Assembly (NCBI GenBank): GCA_963703345.1 | Contig: OY969814.1 | Location: 416,001 to 480,000 of the forward strand | Reading direction: 5' to 3' | Length of the DNA: 64,000 nucleotides | Source: an uncultured Chloroflexia bacterium | GTDB taxonomy: Bacteria > Chloroflexota > Dehalococcoidia > DSTF01 > JALHUB01 | The notes under the pieces: generated by a model | Database searches by the model: none | What the model saw: the letters and a program-made list of their open reading frames with translations, nothing else | What the model was told of the DNA's origin: nothing | Shown: piece by piece, positions 34,604 through 44,492 of the stretch | Layout of the letters: every line of letters starts with the position of its first letter | Numbering within the stretch: the stretch's first letter is position 1 | Translations under genes and position numbers: made by a program

Positions 34604-35808
34604 GCGAAAGCGCCGATCAGTTGCGGCTCTGCGTTCTGGGCGACTTCGACAGTATCCACACGCGGCGCTGGCTGGAGCCCTTCGTCGAGCGTGGCCACGA
34701 CGTGCACGCCATCTCTTACTACCGGCCGCTGGCGTCGCTCCACGGCGTCACGCTCCACGTCCTCGACGACCGCGGCAATCGGACTACCGGATCGGCCACC
34801 GAGGCGCGAACAAGGACTTCCGCGCGAGTCCCGCCCAACCTGTTACGTCTCGTCAACGCCCTGCGCTATCGACGCCGTGGCCTCGCCCACATGGTACGCC
34901 AGATACAGCCGGACGTCCTGCATGCTCACTACCTGCCGGAATACGGCTTTTTCGCCGCGGCCACCGGCTTCCATCCGCTGGTCGTCAGCGCCTGGGGCTC
35001 CGACGTGCTCGTCGACGCCGACGCGTCGCCGCTGGCCCGCCTGATCACCGCCTACACGCTGCGTCGCGCCGACCTCATCACCTCGAACAACGAGTACATG
35101 AGCGGCAGGCTGCGGGAGATGGGCGTGCCGGCGGAAAAAGTGGCGACGATCGTCTTTGGGCCCGACGCCTTCTATCTGGAAGGCCCGGAAAGCGTTAACG
35201 CACGACAGCCCGAGGCCTCGCATTCGCCGACCGTAATCAGCACGCGTTCGCTGGACTCGCCGCTCTACAACGTCGATCTCATCCTGCGGGCGATGGCGCT
35301 GCTCTGCGCTCGCATTCCGACGGCGCGCTTGCTTGTTGCCGGCGCCGGACGGCTCCGGCCGCGATTGGAGGCGCTGACGCAGGAGATCGGCCTCGGCGAC
35401 AGCGTCTGCTTCCTCGGCTTTCTCGACGCCGCGGCCCTGCGCGACGCCTTCGCCTCGTCGGAAGTTTACGTCTCGGTCCCCAGCTCCGACGGCACATCCG
35501 TCGCGACGCTCTCGGCGATGGCCGCCGGCTGCTTTCCAGTCGTCTCGGACCTACCGACGCAGCACGAGTGGATTCAGGACGGCGTGAACGGCTTCCTCGT
35601 GCCGCCGGGGAATGCGCACGCCCTGGCGCGGCGCCTCGGCGATGCGCTGGACAACGCGGCGTTGCGACGAGAGGCCGCCGCGCGCAATCGTCGCATCGTC
35701 GAAGAGCGTGGCGTCTGGCAGAAGAACGCCCTGCTGATGGAAGAGTGGTACCGGCGCCTGGCGCAGCGAAAGGAAACGCAGGCCGATGCGTCTCTGCTAC
35801 CTGGCTGA
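34600..35808 (+). CDS. GT4 family glycosyltransferase
   Basis: SIHTRRW, PDVLHAH, SAWGSDV, SSDGTSVATLSAMAAG. Confidence 0.9.
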   Translation: MSESADQLRLCVLGDFDSIHTRRWLEPFVERGHDVHAISYYRPLASLHGVTLHVLDDRGNRTTGSATEARTRTSARVPPNLLRLVNALRYRRRGLAHMVRQIQPDVLHAHYLPEYGFFAAATGFHPLVVSAWGSDVLVDADASPLARLITAYTLRRADLITSNNEYMSGRLREMGVPAEKVATIVFGPDAFYLEGPESVNARQPEASHSPTVISTRSLDSPLYNVDLILRAMALLCARIPTARLLVAGAGRLRPRLEALTQEIGLGDSVCFLGFLDAAALRDAFASSEVYVSVPSSDGTSVATLSAMAAGCFPVVSDLPTQHEWIQDGVNGFLVPPGNAHALARRLGDALDNAALRREAAARNRRIVEERGVWQKNALLMEEWYRRLAQRKETQADASLLPG

Positions 35809-36856
35809 TGCGCCGTATGTCCACACGGAGCGCTGGGTGCGGCACTTCGTCGATCGAGGCGACGCCGTCAACGTCATCTCCTTCCGGCCGGCGGAGATCG
35901 AGGGCGCCCGCGTCCACTACGTCGACGGCTGGGAGCGAGCGGGTAAGCTGCGCTATCTCATCCACGCCCGACGCGTTCGTCGCCTGGTCCGTTCCCTCGA
36001 GCCGGACCTTGTGCACGCGCTCCACCTGACCAGCTACGGCTTCCTGGCCGCTTTCGCCGGCGTCCATCCGCTGGTCACCTCAGTCTGGGGCACCGACGTC
36101 CTCGAGGCGCCGCGTCTGACGCCGTTCCACTGGCTGATCACCCGTTACGCTCTCGCCCGCGCCGACCGCGTGTCCGCCACGGGCCTGCGGCTGGCCGAGG
36201 CGACGCTGCGCTACATGCCGCAGGGCAAGGACGTCGCCGTTGTCCCTTACGGCGTCGACCTGAGCCAGTTCTCGCCAAGAGAGCGGGGCAGCGACGATTC
36301 CCTGGTCGTCGGCAGCGTCGGCAGACTGTCGCCGGAGAAAGGGCTGAAGTACCTCCTGCAGGCGATGGCGCTGGTTACGCGCGAGGAGCCCCGCGTGCGC
36401 GTACTCCTCGCCGGCGACGGTCCCGAGCGCGGCGCGCTGGAAAGGCTGGCTTCGCGGCTGGGGCTGACCGTCGAGTTCGCGGGCGAGGTGAAGCACGAGC
36501 GTGTGCCCGACGTTCTTGCCCGCATGGACGTCTTCGCTATGCCGTCGACGTGGGAAGGGTTCGGCGTCGCGGCGCTGGAGGCGGAGGCGATGGAAGTGCC
36601 GGTGGTCGCCTCGAACATCCACGGCATACCGGACGTCGTGGAGGACAGCGTCAGCGGCATCCTCGTCCCGCCGAAGGACGTCGACGCCCTCTCGCGCGCC
36701 CTTCTACGCCTGCTGCGCGATGCCGAGGAGAGGCGGCGCACGGGCCGCGCCGGCCGCGAGCTCGTCGCGTCCCGCTACTCCTGGACGGAGAGCACTCGCC
36801 GCATGGAAGCGCTCTACGACGAGCTGCTCTCCGCGCCCGCGGAGCATCGTTCGTAG
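35786..36856 (+). CDS. GT4 family glycosyltransferase
   Basis: WGTDV, GRLSPEKG, EGFGVAALEA. Confidence 0.92.
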   Translation: MRLCYLADAPYVHTERWVRHFVDRGDAVNVISFRPAEIEGARVHYVDGWERAGKLRYLIHARRVRRLVRSLEPDLVHALHLTSYGFLAAFAGVHPLVTSVWGTDVLEAPRLTPFHWLITRYALARADRVSATGLRLAEATLRYMPQGKDVAVVPYGVDLSQFSPRERGSDDSLVVGSVGRLSPEKGLKYLLQAMALVTREEPRVRVLLAGDGPERGALERLASRLGLTVEFAGEVKHERVPDVLARMDVFAMPSTWEGFGVAALEAEAMEVPVVASNIHGIPDVVEDSVSGILVPPKDVDALSRALLRLLRDAEERRRTGRAGRELVASRYSWTESTRRMEALYDELLSAPAEHRS

Positions 36857-36973
36857 CTTCGTCGCGGCGCCCCATTGCTTGATCCGCCGCGGCGCCCCAT
36901 GCTAATCTTCAGACGCCCTCGCCGGAAGCTTTGATGGCCACGACTTGACGATAACGAGGTGCGCCCCCGAACG

Positions 36974-37999
36974 ATGACGAACGGCACGAAGCCCCTCGTC
37001 TCAGTGCTTGTCCCGATGCGCAACGAGGAGCGCTACATCGAGGCCTGCCTGCGCAGCCTCGCCGAGCAGGATTATCCGCGCGACCGCTTCGAAGTGCTGG
37101 TTATCGACGGCGACTCGACCGACCGCTCGCGAGAGCTGGCGCAGCGCTTCGCCGCTGTTGCCGGAATCGACCTCCGCCTTCTCGACAACCCGGCGCGGAG
37201 GACGGCGCCCGGCCTCAACGTCGGGCTGGTGGCCGCCCGCGGCGAGGTCATCGTCCGCGTCGACGCCCACGCCGAGGTCTACTCGGACTTCCTCAGCGAG
37301 AGCGTCACGACCCTGGAGGAGACCGGCGCCGACGCTGTGGGCGGGCCAATCGAGAGCGTCGCCGAAGGGCTGGTCGGCGAGGCGATAGCGCTGGCTATGT
37401 CCTCCCCGTTCGGCATCGGCAACGCCCACTTCCGTTACAGCCACGAAGCCTGCTACACGGACACGGTCGCCTTCGCCGCCTACCGTCGCGACGTTTTCGA
37501 GCGCATCGGCGTCTTCGCCGAGGATATCGACTACGGCGAGGACGATGAGTTCAACTACCGCCTCGGCGAGCACGGGGGCCGGATTCTCCTCACCCCGCGC
37601 ATCCGCTCCATCTACCACACGCGTTCCGACCTGCCGGCGCTGTTCCGTCAATACAGGGCCTACGGTCGTGCCAAGTTCCACGTTCTGCGCCGCCACCCCG
37701 GCCAGGCGCGGCTGCGGCAGTTCGTGCCGGCGTCGTTTCTTGGGACCCTGGTCGGCCTGTCGCTAACGTCGCGAATCGTCCGCCCCTTGCGACGGGCGCT
37801 GCCGCTGGTGCTGGGCCTCTATGCCGTCGTGGCCGTCGCCGCGTCGCTGCGGATCGCCTCGCGGAACGGCTGGCGATACGCGCCGGTGCTGCCGCTGGCC
37901 TTTGTTTGCCTGCACGTGTCGTATGGCCTGGGCTTCCTGGAGAGCCTGCTCGCCGCAAGGCTGTCCACGTCCACGCCGGACGTTCGAGGGGAGGAATGA
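36974..37999 (+). CDS. GT2 family glycosyltransferase (ExoA-like)
   Basis: VPMRNEE, DGDSTD, RVDAH, EDDEFNYRL, C-terminal TM helices. Confidence 0.9.
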   Translation: MTNGTKPLVSVLVPMRNEERYIEACLRSLAEQDYPRDRFEVLVIDGDSTDRSRELAQRFAAVAGIDLRLLDNPARRTAPGLNVGLVAARGEVIVRVDAHAEVYSDFLSESVTTLEETGADAVGGPIESVAEGLVGEAIALAMSSPFGIGNAHFRYSHEACYTDTVAFAAYRRDVFERIGVFAEDIDYGEDDEFNYRLGEHGGRILLTPRIRSIYHTRSDLPALFRQYRAYGRAKFHVLRRHPGQARLRQFVPASFLGTLVGLSLTSRIVRPLRRALPLVLGLYAVVAVAASLRIASRNGWRYAPVLPLAFVCLHVSYGLGFLESLLAARLSTSTPDVRGEE

Positions 38000-38000
38000 C

Positions 38001-39197
38001 ATGACGCAATCGCAGCCCGGCGAGGCGGCGACGCGGCAGGAGCTTCCGCCGCTGCCCTTTTGCCGGCCCGACATAACCGAGGACGAGATCAACGAAGTCG
38101 TCGACACCATCCGCTCCGGCTGGCTGACGACCGGTCCAAAGACGCGTCTTTTCGAGGAGCGCTTCCGCGACTACGTCGGCAGCCGCTACGCCGTAGCCGT
38201 CAGCTCCTGCACGGCGGGATTGCATCTCATGCTCATGGCCGCCGGCATCGGCGAGGGCGACGAGGTGATAACGACGCCGCTTACCTTCTGCGCTACCGTC
38301 AACACCATCATCCTCCAGCGCGCGACGCCGGTCCTCGCCGACATCTGCCTGGACGACTACAACATCGATCCGCAGCAGGTCGAGGCGAAGATCACGCCGC
38401 GGACGAAGGCGATTGTCGCCGTCCACTACGGCGGTCAGCCCTGTCGCATGGACGAGCTGGCGGAGATTGCCCGCCGTCACAACCTCCTGCTGTTCGAGGA
38501 TGCCGCCCACGCCTCCGGCGCGTCCTATCGCGGCAAGATGATCGGCTCCATCGGCGACGCCACGGCTTTCAGCTTTTACGTCATCAAGAACATGACCACC
38601 GGCGAAGGCGGCATGGTCACCACCAACAACCCGGAGCTCGAAGACAAGGTGCGCCTGCTGCGGCTGCACGGCATGAGCCACGACGCCTGGAAGCGCTATG
38701 ACGCCAAGGGCTCCTGGTACTATGAGATCCTCGCCTGCGGCCTCAACTACAAGATGACTGACGTGCAGGCCTCGCTGGGCCTTCACCAGCTCGCCCGGCT
38801 GGACGGCTTCATCGAGCGCCGGGCGCAGATCGTCGCGGAGTACAACCGGCGGCTGGCGCGACTGCCGGAGCTCGTCCTGCCGAAAGCCCGCCCGGAGATC
38901 CACCACGCCTGGCACCTCTACCCGGTCTGGCTGCAAGGCGAGGGGCTACGCATCGGCCGCGACGAGTTGATCGAGGAGCTGAAGGCGCGCGGCATCGGCA
39001 CGTCGGTGCACTTCATCCCGATTCACTACCATCCCTACTATCAGCAGACGCTCGGCCTCAAGCAGGGGGACTACCCGAACACTGACCGCCTGTTCGCCGG
39101 CTTGCTCTCGCTGCCGCTTTTCCCGCTGATGACGGACGGAGACGTCGCCCGCGTGAGCGACGCCGTAGAGGAGATCATTGTCAACAACCGACGCTGA
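38001..39197 (+). CDS. DegT/DnrJ/EryC1/StrS sugar aminotransferase
   Basis: SGWLTTGPK, EDAAHA, FSFY..KNMTTGEGG, SVHFIP; GGAGG RBS. Confidence 0.93.
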   Translation: MTQSQPGEAATRQELPPLPFCRPDITEDEINEVVDTIRSGWLTTGPKTRLFEERFRDYVGSRYAVAVSSCTAGLHLMLMAAGIGEGDEVITTPLTFCATVNTIILQRATPVLADICLDDYNIDPQQVEAKITPRTKAIVAVHYGGQPCRMDELAEIARRHNLLLFEDAAHASGASYRGKMIGSIGDATAFSFYVIKNMTTGEGGMVTTNNPELEDKVRLLRLHGMSHDAWKRYDAKGSWYYEILACGLNYKMTDVQASLGLHQLARLDGFIERRAQIVAEYNRRLARLPELVLPKARPEIHHAWHLYPVWLQGEGLRIGRDELIEELKARGIGTSVHFIPIHYHPYYQQTLGLKQGDYPNTDRLFAGLLSLPLFPLMTDGDVARVSDAVEEIIVNNRR

Positions 39198-39801
39198 AGG
39201 CCCGTCGCTCGGGCCGGAGCTCTTTGATCGCGTCGCCGCTATGCTGGGCATCGCCGCCGCGGCGCCGGTAATGGTGCTCCTGGCGCTGCTCATAAAGCTC
39301 GACTCGCCGGGCCCGGTGCTGTTCACGCAGAAGCGCATCGGCCTCAAGGGCAAGCCCTTCACGATGTACAAGTTCCGCACGATGACGGCCAACGCCCACA
39401 AAGAATGGCACCCGCCACAGCGCGTGAACGACTTCTCGAGTTTCGTCTTCCACTCCATCTGGCCGGACAAGCGGGTGACGCGTCTCGGCCGCATCCTGCG
39501 CAACAGCAGTCTCGACGAGTTGCCTCAGCTAATCAACGTCGCCCGCGGCGACATGCGCCTGGTCGGGCCGCGTCCGGACGAGCCCTACCTCGTCGAACAG
39601 TACCGGCAGGAGTTCCACCGCCGCCACGACGTCAAGCCGGGCATAACGGGACTAGCTCAAGTGAACGGCCGCTCAGATTTGACCTACTCTCAAATGATGG
39701 CGTACGATCTCGACTACGTAGACGATCACTCCTTCCGCCGGGACCTGTCGATCCTTGCTCGGACGCTGGCGGTGGTCGCACGCAAGGAAGGAGCCCGTTG
39801 A
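39178..39801 (+). CDS. Priming sugar-1-phosphate transferase (Bac_transf)
   Basis: YKFRTM, SLDELPQL, LVGPRP, KPGITGLAQVNGR. Confidence 0.93.
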   Translation: MSTTDAEGPSLGPELFDRVAAMLGIAAAAPVMVLLALLIKLDSPGPVLFTQKRIGLKGKPFTMYKFRTMTANAHKEWHPPQRVNDFSSFVFHSIWPDKRVTRLGRILRNSSLDELPQLINVARGDMRLVGPRPDEPYLVEQYRQEFHRRHDVKPGITGLAQVNGRSDLTYSQMMAYDLDYVDDHSFRRDLSILARTLAVVARKEGAR

Positions 39802-39851
39802 CCCCCTAGCCCGTGACGCAACCCCCTGGGGAGTGAGGAGGGGACGGCTAG

Positions 39852-41750
39852 ATGAGATTGCTTCCTTCGGACCAGCTCAGGCTGTTTGTGCGCGCTCTGC
39901 CGGCGCTGGCCATCGACTTCGTCATCGTGATGGGGAGCTACGCCGCTGGCCTGCTCCTCCGCTTCGACGCCCACGTCCCCCGCGAGTCCTGGCACTGGCT
40001 TTTCTGGGCCGTACCCGTCATAGCCGCGGCGTACCTTCTCGCGAATCTCGTTTTTGGCGTTTATCGGACCGTCTGGCTCTACGGCGGCATCATGGACGCC
40101 ATCTACCTGGCGCTGCCCGTGAGCCTGGTCACCGTCGCCGTCTTTGGCGTCAACGCCATGCTGCGACACCGTCCGCTGCCGCTGAGCGTTAACCTCATCA
40201 GCGGCGCCATCATCCTCCTGGCGATGGGCCTCGTTAAGCTCGCGCCGCGTCTCATCTCCGGCAACGACACGCCTCTGCGCGGCTGGGGCGGAAGGCGGAC
40301 GCAACAGGTTCTGATCGTCGGCGCGGGCAGCACCGGCCAGCTCCTGGCCAGCGAGCTTTTGCGCAATCGCCACTGGCAGTACCGCCCTCTCGGCTTTGTG
40401 GACGACGACCCCCGCAAGCTGCACACCCGCATCCACAGCGTGCCCGTACTCGGCAATCGCTACGACATTCCTTCGCTCGTCGACAAGCACAATGCCGATC
40501 TCGTCGCCCTGGCGATACCCTCCGCCAGCGGTGCCAGCATTCACGAGCTGCTCTCGCTCTGTGAGTCGACTCACGTGCCGGTGCGCATCGTGCCCGGCCT
40601 GGACGCCATCGTCAGTGGCAAGGCGAAGCCCGGCGAGATGCGCGAGGTGACAATCGAGGACCTCATCGAGCGCGACCCCGTGGACATCGACAAGCAGGGC
40701 TGTCGCGAGCTCATCGCCGGGCGCTCCGTTCTGATCACCGGCGCGGCGGGATCGATCGGCTCCGAGCTGGCCCGGCGACTGCTCAGCTTCGGTCCGGCAA
40801 GCCTCCACCTCTTCGACGCCAACGAGGGCGGCCTGCACGAGTTGCGCGTGGAGCTCAGCCAGCGCTCGGAAGACTGCCTGATTAAGCCCTGGATGGGCAG
40901 CATAGGCGACCGCAACAAGGTGTTCCAGGCGTTCGAGGCCGCGCGGCCGCACGTCGTGTTCCACTCCGCCGCCTACAAGCACGTCCCGCTGCTCGAAGAG
41001 AACCCCGACCAGGGATTCTTCGTTAACGTCCTCGGCACGCTGAACGTCCTTCAGGCGGCCAACCAGGTCGGCACGGAGAAGGTCATCTACCTCTCGAGCC
41101 ATGCCGCCATGAACCCTTCCAGCGTCATGGGAGCGACGAAGCGGATCGGCGAGCTCATGGTGCGCTCGCTCGGCCGGCGCGGCACGACTTTCGCTGCGGT
41201 GCGCCTCGCCAACGTCATCGACAGCCGCGGCGGCGTGGTCAGCACTTTCTGGCGCCAGATCCAGAAAGGCGGCCCCGTTTCCGTCACACACCCGGACGTC
41301 GCCCGCTACTTCCTGACCGTGCACGAAGTCGCCAGCCTCATCATCCAGGTCGCGCTCGTGGCCGAGCCCGGCGGTATCTACGTGCTGGACGTCGGCGAGG
41401 AGATCAAGATAGCCGACCTGGCGGAGCGCATGATCCGCGCCAAGGGCATGGAGCCCGGCCGCGAGGTGGAGATCGTCTTCACCGGCCTGCGCCCGGGCGA
41501 GAAGCTCCGCGATGACCTCCTCGGCGAAGGCGAAGAGTTGATGCCGACCTCGCATCCGAAGGTATTCAGCGCCCGCGGGCCATCCGCTTGTCCGCCGGAA
41601 GACCTCCTGCGCCGCATCGGCGAGATGGAGGTCGGCCTCCACCGCACGCCGGAGGCGATAACAGTGCGACTACACGAGCTGGCCCGCCTCGACCTCGCGG
41701 AAGGCCGGCGAGAGTCACCCGCCCGTACGCCTCCTAGCAGCCCTAACTAG
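39852..41750 (+). CDS. PglF/CapD-like membrane nucleotide-sugar dehydratase homologue (catalytic TDK absent)
   Basis: 4 N-terminal TMs, GAGSTG, ITGAAGSIGSE, AAYKHVP, MGATKR, GLRPGEKL. Confidence 0.88.
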   Translation: MRLLPSDQLRLFVRALPALAIDFVIVMGSYAAGLLLRFDAHVPRESWHWLFWAVPVIAAAYLLANLVFGVYRTVWLYGGIMDAIYLALPVSLVTVAVFGVNAMLRHRPLPLSVNLISGAIILLAMGLVKLAPRLISGNDTPLRGWGGRRTQQVLIVGAGSTGQLLASELLRNRHWQYRPLGFVDDDPRKLHTRIHSVPVLGNRYDIPSLVDKHNADLVALAIPSASGASIHELLSLCESTHVPVRIVPGLDAIVSGKAKPGEMREVTIEDLIERDPVDIDKQGCRELIAGRSVLITGAAGSIGSELARRLLSFGPASLHLFDANEGGLHELRVELSQRSEDCLIKPWMGSIGDRNKVFQAFEAARPHVVFHSAAYKHVPLLEENPDQGFFVNVLGTLNVLQAANQVGTEKVIYLSSHAAMNPSSVMGATKRIGELMVRSLGRRGTTFAAVRLANVIDSRGGVVSTFWRQIQKGGPVSVTHPDVARYFLTVHEVASLIIQVALVAEPGGIYVLDVGEEIKIADLAERMIRAKGMEPGREVEIVFTGLRPGEKLRDDLLGEGEELMPTSHPKVFSARGPSACPPEDLLRRIGEMEVGLHRTPEAITVRLHELARLDLAEGRRESPARTPPSSPN

Positions 41751-41758
41751 GCTTTGCC

Positions 41759-42805
41759 GTGAAGATCGTCTCCGTCGTGGGGGCGCGACCCCAGTTCATC
41801 AAGGCCGCCGCGGTCTCGCGCGTTCTGCGCCGCCATCACGAGGAGATACTCGTCCACACCGGCCAGCACTACGACCCGCTGCTCTCCGACGTCTTCTTCG
41901 CCGAGCTCGACCTGCCCGCGCCGGACCATCACCTCGGCGTCGGCTCCGACAGCCACGCCCGCCAGACCGCGCGCATGCTGGAAGGCGTCGAGGAAGTGCT
42001 CCTCGCCGAGCGGCCCGACCGCGTACTCGTCTACGGCGACACGAACTCGACTCTTTCCGGCGCGCTGGCCGCCGCTAAGCTTGGCTTACCGCTCGCTCAC
42101 GTCGAGGCCGGCCTGCGCAGCTACGACCGCTCGATGCCGGAGGAGCTGAACCGCGTCCTCACCGACCACTGCGCCGACCTCCTCTTCTGCCCCAGCGCCG
42201 TCGCCGTCGACAACCTGGCGCGCGAGGGGATCAGCGCCGGCGTCCACCTCGTGGGCGACGTCATGTACGACTCGCTGCTCCGGCAGGTGGAGGCCCTGCA
42301 TGGCGCGTCGCTTTCCCGCTGGGAGCTTGAGGTGGGGCAGTACGCCCTGGCCACCGTTCACCGCGCCGCAAACACCGACGACCCGTCGCGCCTCGGCTCC
42401 ATCCTTGCGGCGCTGGGTCGGCTGGCGGGGACGGTCGTCCTTCCGGTTCATCCGCGCACGCGCAAAGCGATGCTCGATGCTGGCCTGGAGGCGCCGGGCA
42501 ACGTGCGCCTCCTCGACCCGCTGGGCTACCGCGACATGCTTCTCCTGGAGAAGAACGCCCGCTGCGTCCTCACCGACTCCGGCGGCGTCCAGAAAGAGGC
42601 CTTTTTCTTCGCCGTTCCCTGCGTTACTCTGAGGGACGAAACGGAGTGGCCGGAAACCGTCGACTGCGGCTGGAACGTGCTTGCCGGCTGCGACGCGGAG
42701 CGAATCGTCGCGGCCGCGGACCGTCCGCTGCCGGAAGGCAGGCCGCCGCAGCTCTTCGGCGATGGACACGCCGTTGAGCGAATCATTGAGGTCCTGGACA
42801 GTTGA
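41759..42805 (+). CDS. wecB: UDP-GlcNAc 2-epimerase family, non-hydrolysing (WecB/WbpI-like)
   Basis: GARPQFIK, HTGQHYD, HVEAGLRS, DSGGVQKEA. Confidence 0.92.
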   Translation: MKIVSVVGARPQFIKAAAVSRVLRRHHEEILVHTGQHYDPLLSDVFFAELDLPAPDHHLGVGSDSHARQTARMLEGVEEVLLAERPDRVLVYGDTNSTLSGALAAAKLGLPLAHVEAGLRSYDRSMPEELNRVLTDHCADLLFCPSAVAVDNLAREGISAGVHLVGDVMYDSLLRQVEALHGASLSRWELEVGQYALATVHRAANTDDPSRLGSILAALGRLAGTVVLPVHPRTRKAMLDAGLEAPGNVRLLDPLGYRDMLLLEKNARCVLTDSGGVQKEAFFFAVPCVTLRDETEWPETVDCGWNVLAGCDAERIVAAADRPLPEGRPPQLFGDGHAVERIIEVLDS

Positions 42806-43392
42806 TGATCCATCCCACCGCTGACGTCTCGCCCGAGGCGACAATCGGCGCCGGCACGCGCATCTGGAACGACGCTCAGGTCCGCGAGGGCGCCGTCGTC
42901 GGCGAAGAGTGCATCCTCGGCAAGGACGTCTACATCGACAGGGACGTCGTCGTAGGCAATAGGGTGAAGATTGAGAACCACGCCAGCCTCTATCGCGGCG
43001 TCCGGGTCGAGGACGGCGTCTTCATCGGTCCGCACGCCGTCTTCGCCAACGACCGCTATCCTCGCGCCATCAACCGGGAAGGCCGCCTTCTAGACGACGA
43101 CGACTGGCGTCCCAAACCGACGCTGGTCCGTTACGGCGCGTCGGTTGGCGCCGGCTCCGTCATCCTGCCCGGCGTCACTATCGGCCGCTGGGCGATGGTC
43201 GGCGCCGGCTCGCTCGTCACTCGCGACGTGCCCGATCGCGCGCTGGTCATCGGACGGCCGGCGCGGCTGGCCGGCTATGTCTGCGAGTGCGGCCGACCTC
43301 TGGACAGCAACGAATCAGAGGCGGCCGGCTGGCGATGCCCGGCATGCGGCGCCACCTATAGCCTTCCCGCCGACAGGACAAGACAGACGTGA
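42802..43392 (+). CDS. Hexapeptide N-acetyltransferase (WbpD/WlbB-like)
   Basis: IHPTADV, left-handed beta-helix repeats, VFANDRYPR, C-terminal CECG/CPAC. Confidence 0.9.
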   Translation: MMIHPTADVSPEATIGAGTRIWNDAQVREGAVVGEECILGKDVYIDRDVVVGNRVKIENHASLYRGVRVEDGVFIGPHAVFANDRYPRAINREGRLLDDDDWRPKPTLVRYGASVGAGSVILPGVTIGRWAMVGAGSLVTRDVPDRALVIGRPARLAGYVCECGRPLDSNESEAAGWRCPACGATYSLPADRTRQT

Positions 43393-44492
43393 TCCCCATC
43401 GCCAGGCCGCTCATCGGCGACGAAGAGAAGGCCGCCGTCCTGGCCGTCCTCGATTCCGGGCACCTGGCTCAGGGCCCGCGCGTCCGCGAGCTGGAGGAGC
43501 GCTTCGCCGCGATGTGCGGCACGCGGGAGGCCGTCGCCGTCTCCTCCGGCACCTCCGCGCTGATGGTCGCTTTCGCCGTCCAAGGCATCGGCTCCGGCGA
43601 CGAAGTCATCACGACACCCTTCACCTTCGCCGCGACCGCCAACGCCGTCCTGTTCACCGGCGCCCGCCCCGTCTTCGTCGACGTGCGCGACGACTTCAAC
43701 ATCGACCCCTCGCTCATCGAGGCGGCGATAACGCCGCGGACGCGCGCGGTACTGCCCGTCCACCTCTACGGCCAGCCCTGCGACATGGCCGCGATCGAGG
43801 TTGTCGCCCGGAAGCACAGCCTCCTCATCGTCGAGGACGCCTGCCAGGCGCACGGCGCGAGCGTCGGCGGCAGGATGGCCGGCAGCTTCGGCACCGGCTG
43901 CTTCTCCTTCTACGCGACGAAAAACATGACGACCGGGGAAGGCGGCATGATAACGACGGACGATTCCGCCATCGCCGAGAAGGCGCGCCGCTTCCGCAAC
44001 CACGGCGAGAGGTCGCGCTACGTCTCCGAAACCCTGGGCTACAACTTCCGCATGAGCGACATCCTGGCCGCCATCGGCCTCGTGCAGCTCGAAAAGCTGG
44101 CAGCGCGGAACGAGCAGCGGCGGGCCAACGCCGCCTTCCTCTCCGAACGCCTCCGGGGTGTCGTCCCTCCGCGCGAATTGCCCGGCCGGCGCCACGTCTT
44201 CCACCATTACACCGTCCGCGTCCCCTCGACCGACGGCACGGCCTCCGCCCGCGATGCCCTGGCGGCGGGGCTGGCCGAAATGGGCATCGAGACCGGCGTC
44301 TACTATCCGACGCCCGTTCACCGGCAGCCTTTGTACCGCAATTTGGGCTATCGCGACGAGCTTCCCGTGGCCGAACGGCTCAGCCGCGAGGTCCTCTCTC
44401 TGCCGGTGCACCCGGCGCTCAGCCGCGACGACCTGGGGGCCATCGTCAGCGCTGTCAACGAGGTAACCGCGGCGGCGGGAGGCGGCTCGTGA
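43389..44492 (+). CDS. DegT family aminotransferase (WbpE/WlbC-like)
   Basis: PVHLYGQ, EDACQAHG, FSFYATKNMTTGEGG. Confidence 0.92.
   Translation: MIPIARPLIGDEEKAAVLAVLDSGHLAQGPRVRELEERFAAMCGTREAVAVSSGTSALMVAFAVQGIGSGDEVITTPFTFAATANAVLFTGARPVFVDVRDDFNIDPSLIEAAITPRTRAVLPVHLYGQPCDMAAIEVVARKHSLLIVEDACQAHGASVGGRMAGSFGTGCFSFYATKNMTTGEGGMITTDDSAIAEKARRFRNHGERSRYVSETLGYNFRMSDILAAIGLVQLEKLAARNEQRRANAAFLSERLRGVVPPRELPGRRHVFHHYTVRVPSTDGTASARDALAAGLAEMGIETGVYYPTPVHRQPLYRNLGYRDELPVAERLSREVLSLPVHPALSRDDLGAIVSAVNEVTAAAGGGS

Noticed and set aside
38575-38590. FSFYVIKN variant in the aminotransferase as a damaging mutation
   Set aside because: The PLP lysine is intact, and V/I at these positions is within normal family variation
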